Positions 63,620 to 64,000 of a stretch of 64,000 nucleotides of DNA are shown one piece after another. Location of the stretch: the IMG/VR virus record IMGVR_UViG_3300047325_000181, positions 4,855 to 68,854 of that record; one strand, written 5' to 3'. The DNA is from a virus. The stretch's first letter is position 1; every line of letters begins with the position of its first letter. The position numbers and the translations under genes were made by a program. A model generated the notes under the pieces. It saw nothing but the letters and a program-made list of their open reading frames with translations. It was not told the DNA's origin and searched no databases.

Positions 63620-64000
63620 ATGAGCTTTCTTGCCTACTTCGCGGGGGCGCTCGTTCTCGCGTTCCTCGCCATGTCCGCAGCAGAGCAGGGCTACCGCCGT
63701 CGCGGCGCCCTCATCGGCTTCGTCGCCCTCCTCCTCGTCGGGCTCTCCGTCACGACCGCGCTTCCCCAGACCATCCCGCCCCCGACCGCCGAGGACCGCG
63801 CCGCGTTCAAGGCCCACGCCACCCACCCGAACTGCAAGTACGCCCAGATGAACCAGGACGCCGCGGCTTCCCGCGGGACGCTCGATGACTGGCGCTGGGC
63901 CGCGGTCGGCTGGAAGGTCTGCCGCCTCGAACTCGCCGCGAGCGGGGCGCCTCCCGAAGCGCTCCACGTCGCCGATTACCAACTCGTCCAGGCCTGCGAA
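63620..64000 (+). CDS. Membrane protein, two N-terminal TM segments (truncated by window)
   Basis: Manual translation MSFLAYFAGALVLAFLAMS..GALIGFVALLLVGLSV; open to end. Confidence 0.6.
   Translation, partial: MSFLAYFAGALVLAFLAMSAAEQGYRRRGALIGFVALLLVGLSVTTALPQTIPPPTAEDRAAFKAHATHPNCKYAQMNQDAAASRGTLDDWRWAAVGWKVCRLELAASGAPPEALHVADYQLVQACE

Noticed and set aside
1-64000. tRNA genes, integrase/att site, terminase
   Set aside because: No cloverleaf with T-loop consensus, no recombinase or terminase motifs recognised by eye; a tRNAscan and HMM run would confirm.

Overview
The window is a 64-kb piece of a GC-rich tailed phage genome with a contractile tail (myovirus). It has four parts. (1) 1-9 kb: replication/recombination genes (DnaB-like helicase cut by the window edge, DUF1376-type initiator, ERF-like annealase, RusA, ParB-like, SSB) and small DNA-binding proteins. 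(2) 9-46.3 kb: a minus-strand lysis/tail/head module (amidase, baseplate, tape measure, tube, sheath, neck, major capsid, scaffold, protease, MuF, portal) interrupted by free-standing HNH genes. (3) 46.5-57.3 kb: early/accessory microgenes. (4) 57-64 kb: nucleotide-metabolism and second lysis genes. I saw no terminase, integrase, tRNA or CRISPR array. The strongest unusual signals are: a Ser1 intein in MuF whose insertion region carries, on the opposite strand, a Vsr/DUF559-type endonuclease with its own leaderless promoter, followed by a catalytically dead stand-alone Hint paralog; a structured early leader RNA with two boxes complementary to the ribosome-binding regions of the major capsid gene and a second late gene (c4-like trans-antisense control); an 11-copy palindromic operator (YAGCGCGCTR) inside sigma70-type promoters, several of them leaderless; and apparent avoidance of GATC. 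Family assignments come from motif recognition by eye, not database searches.
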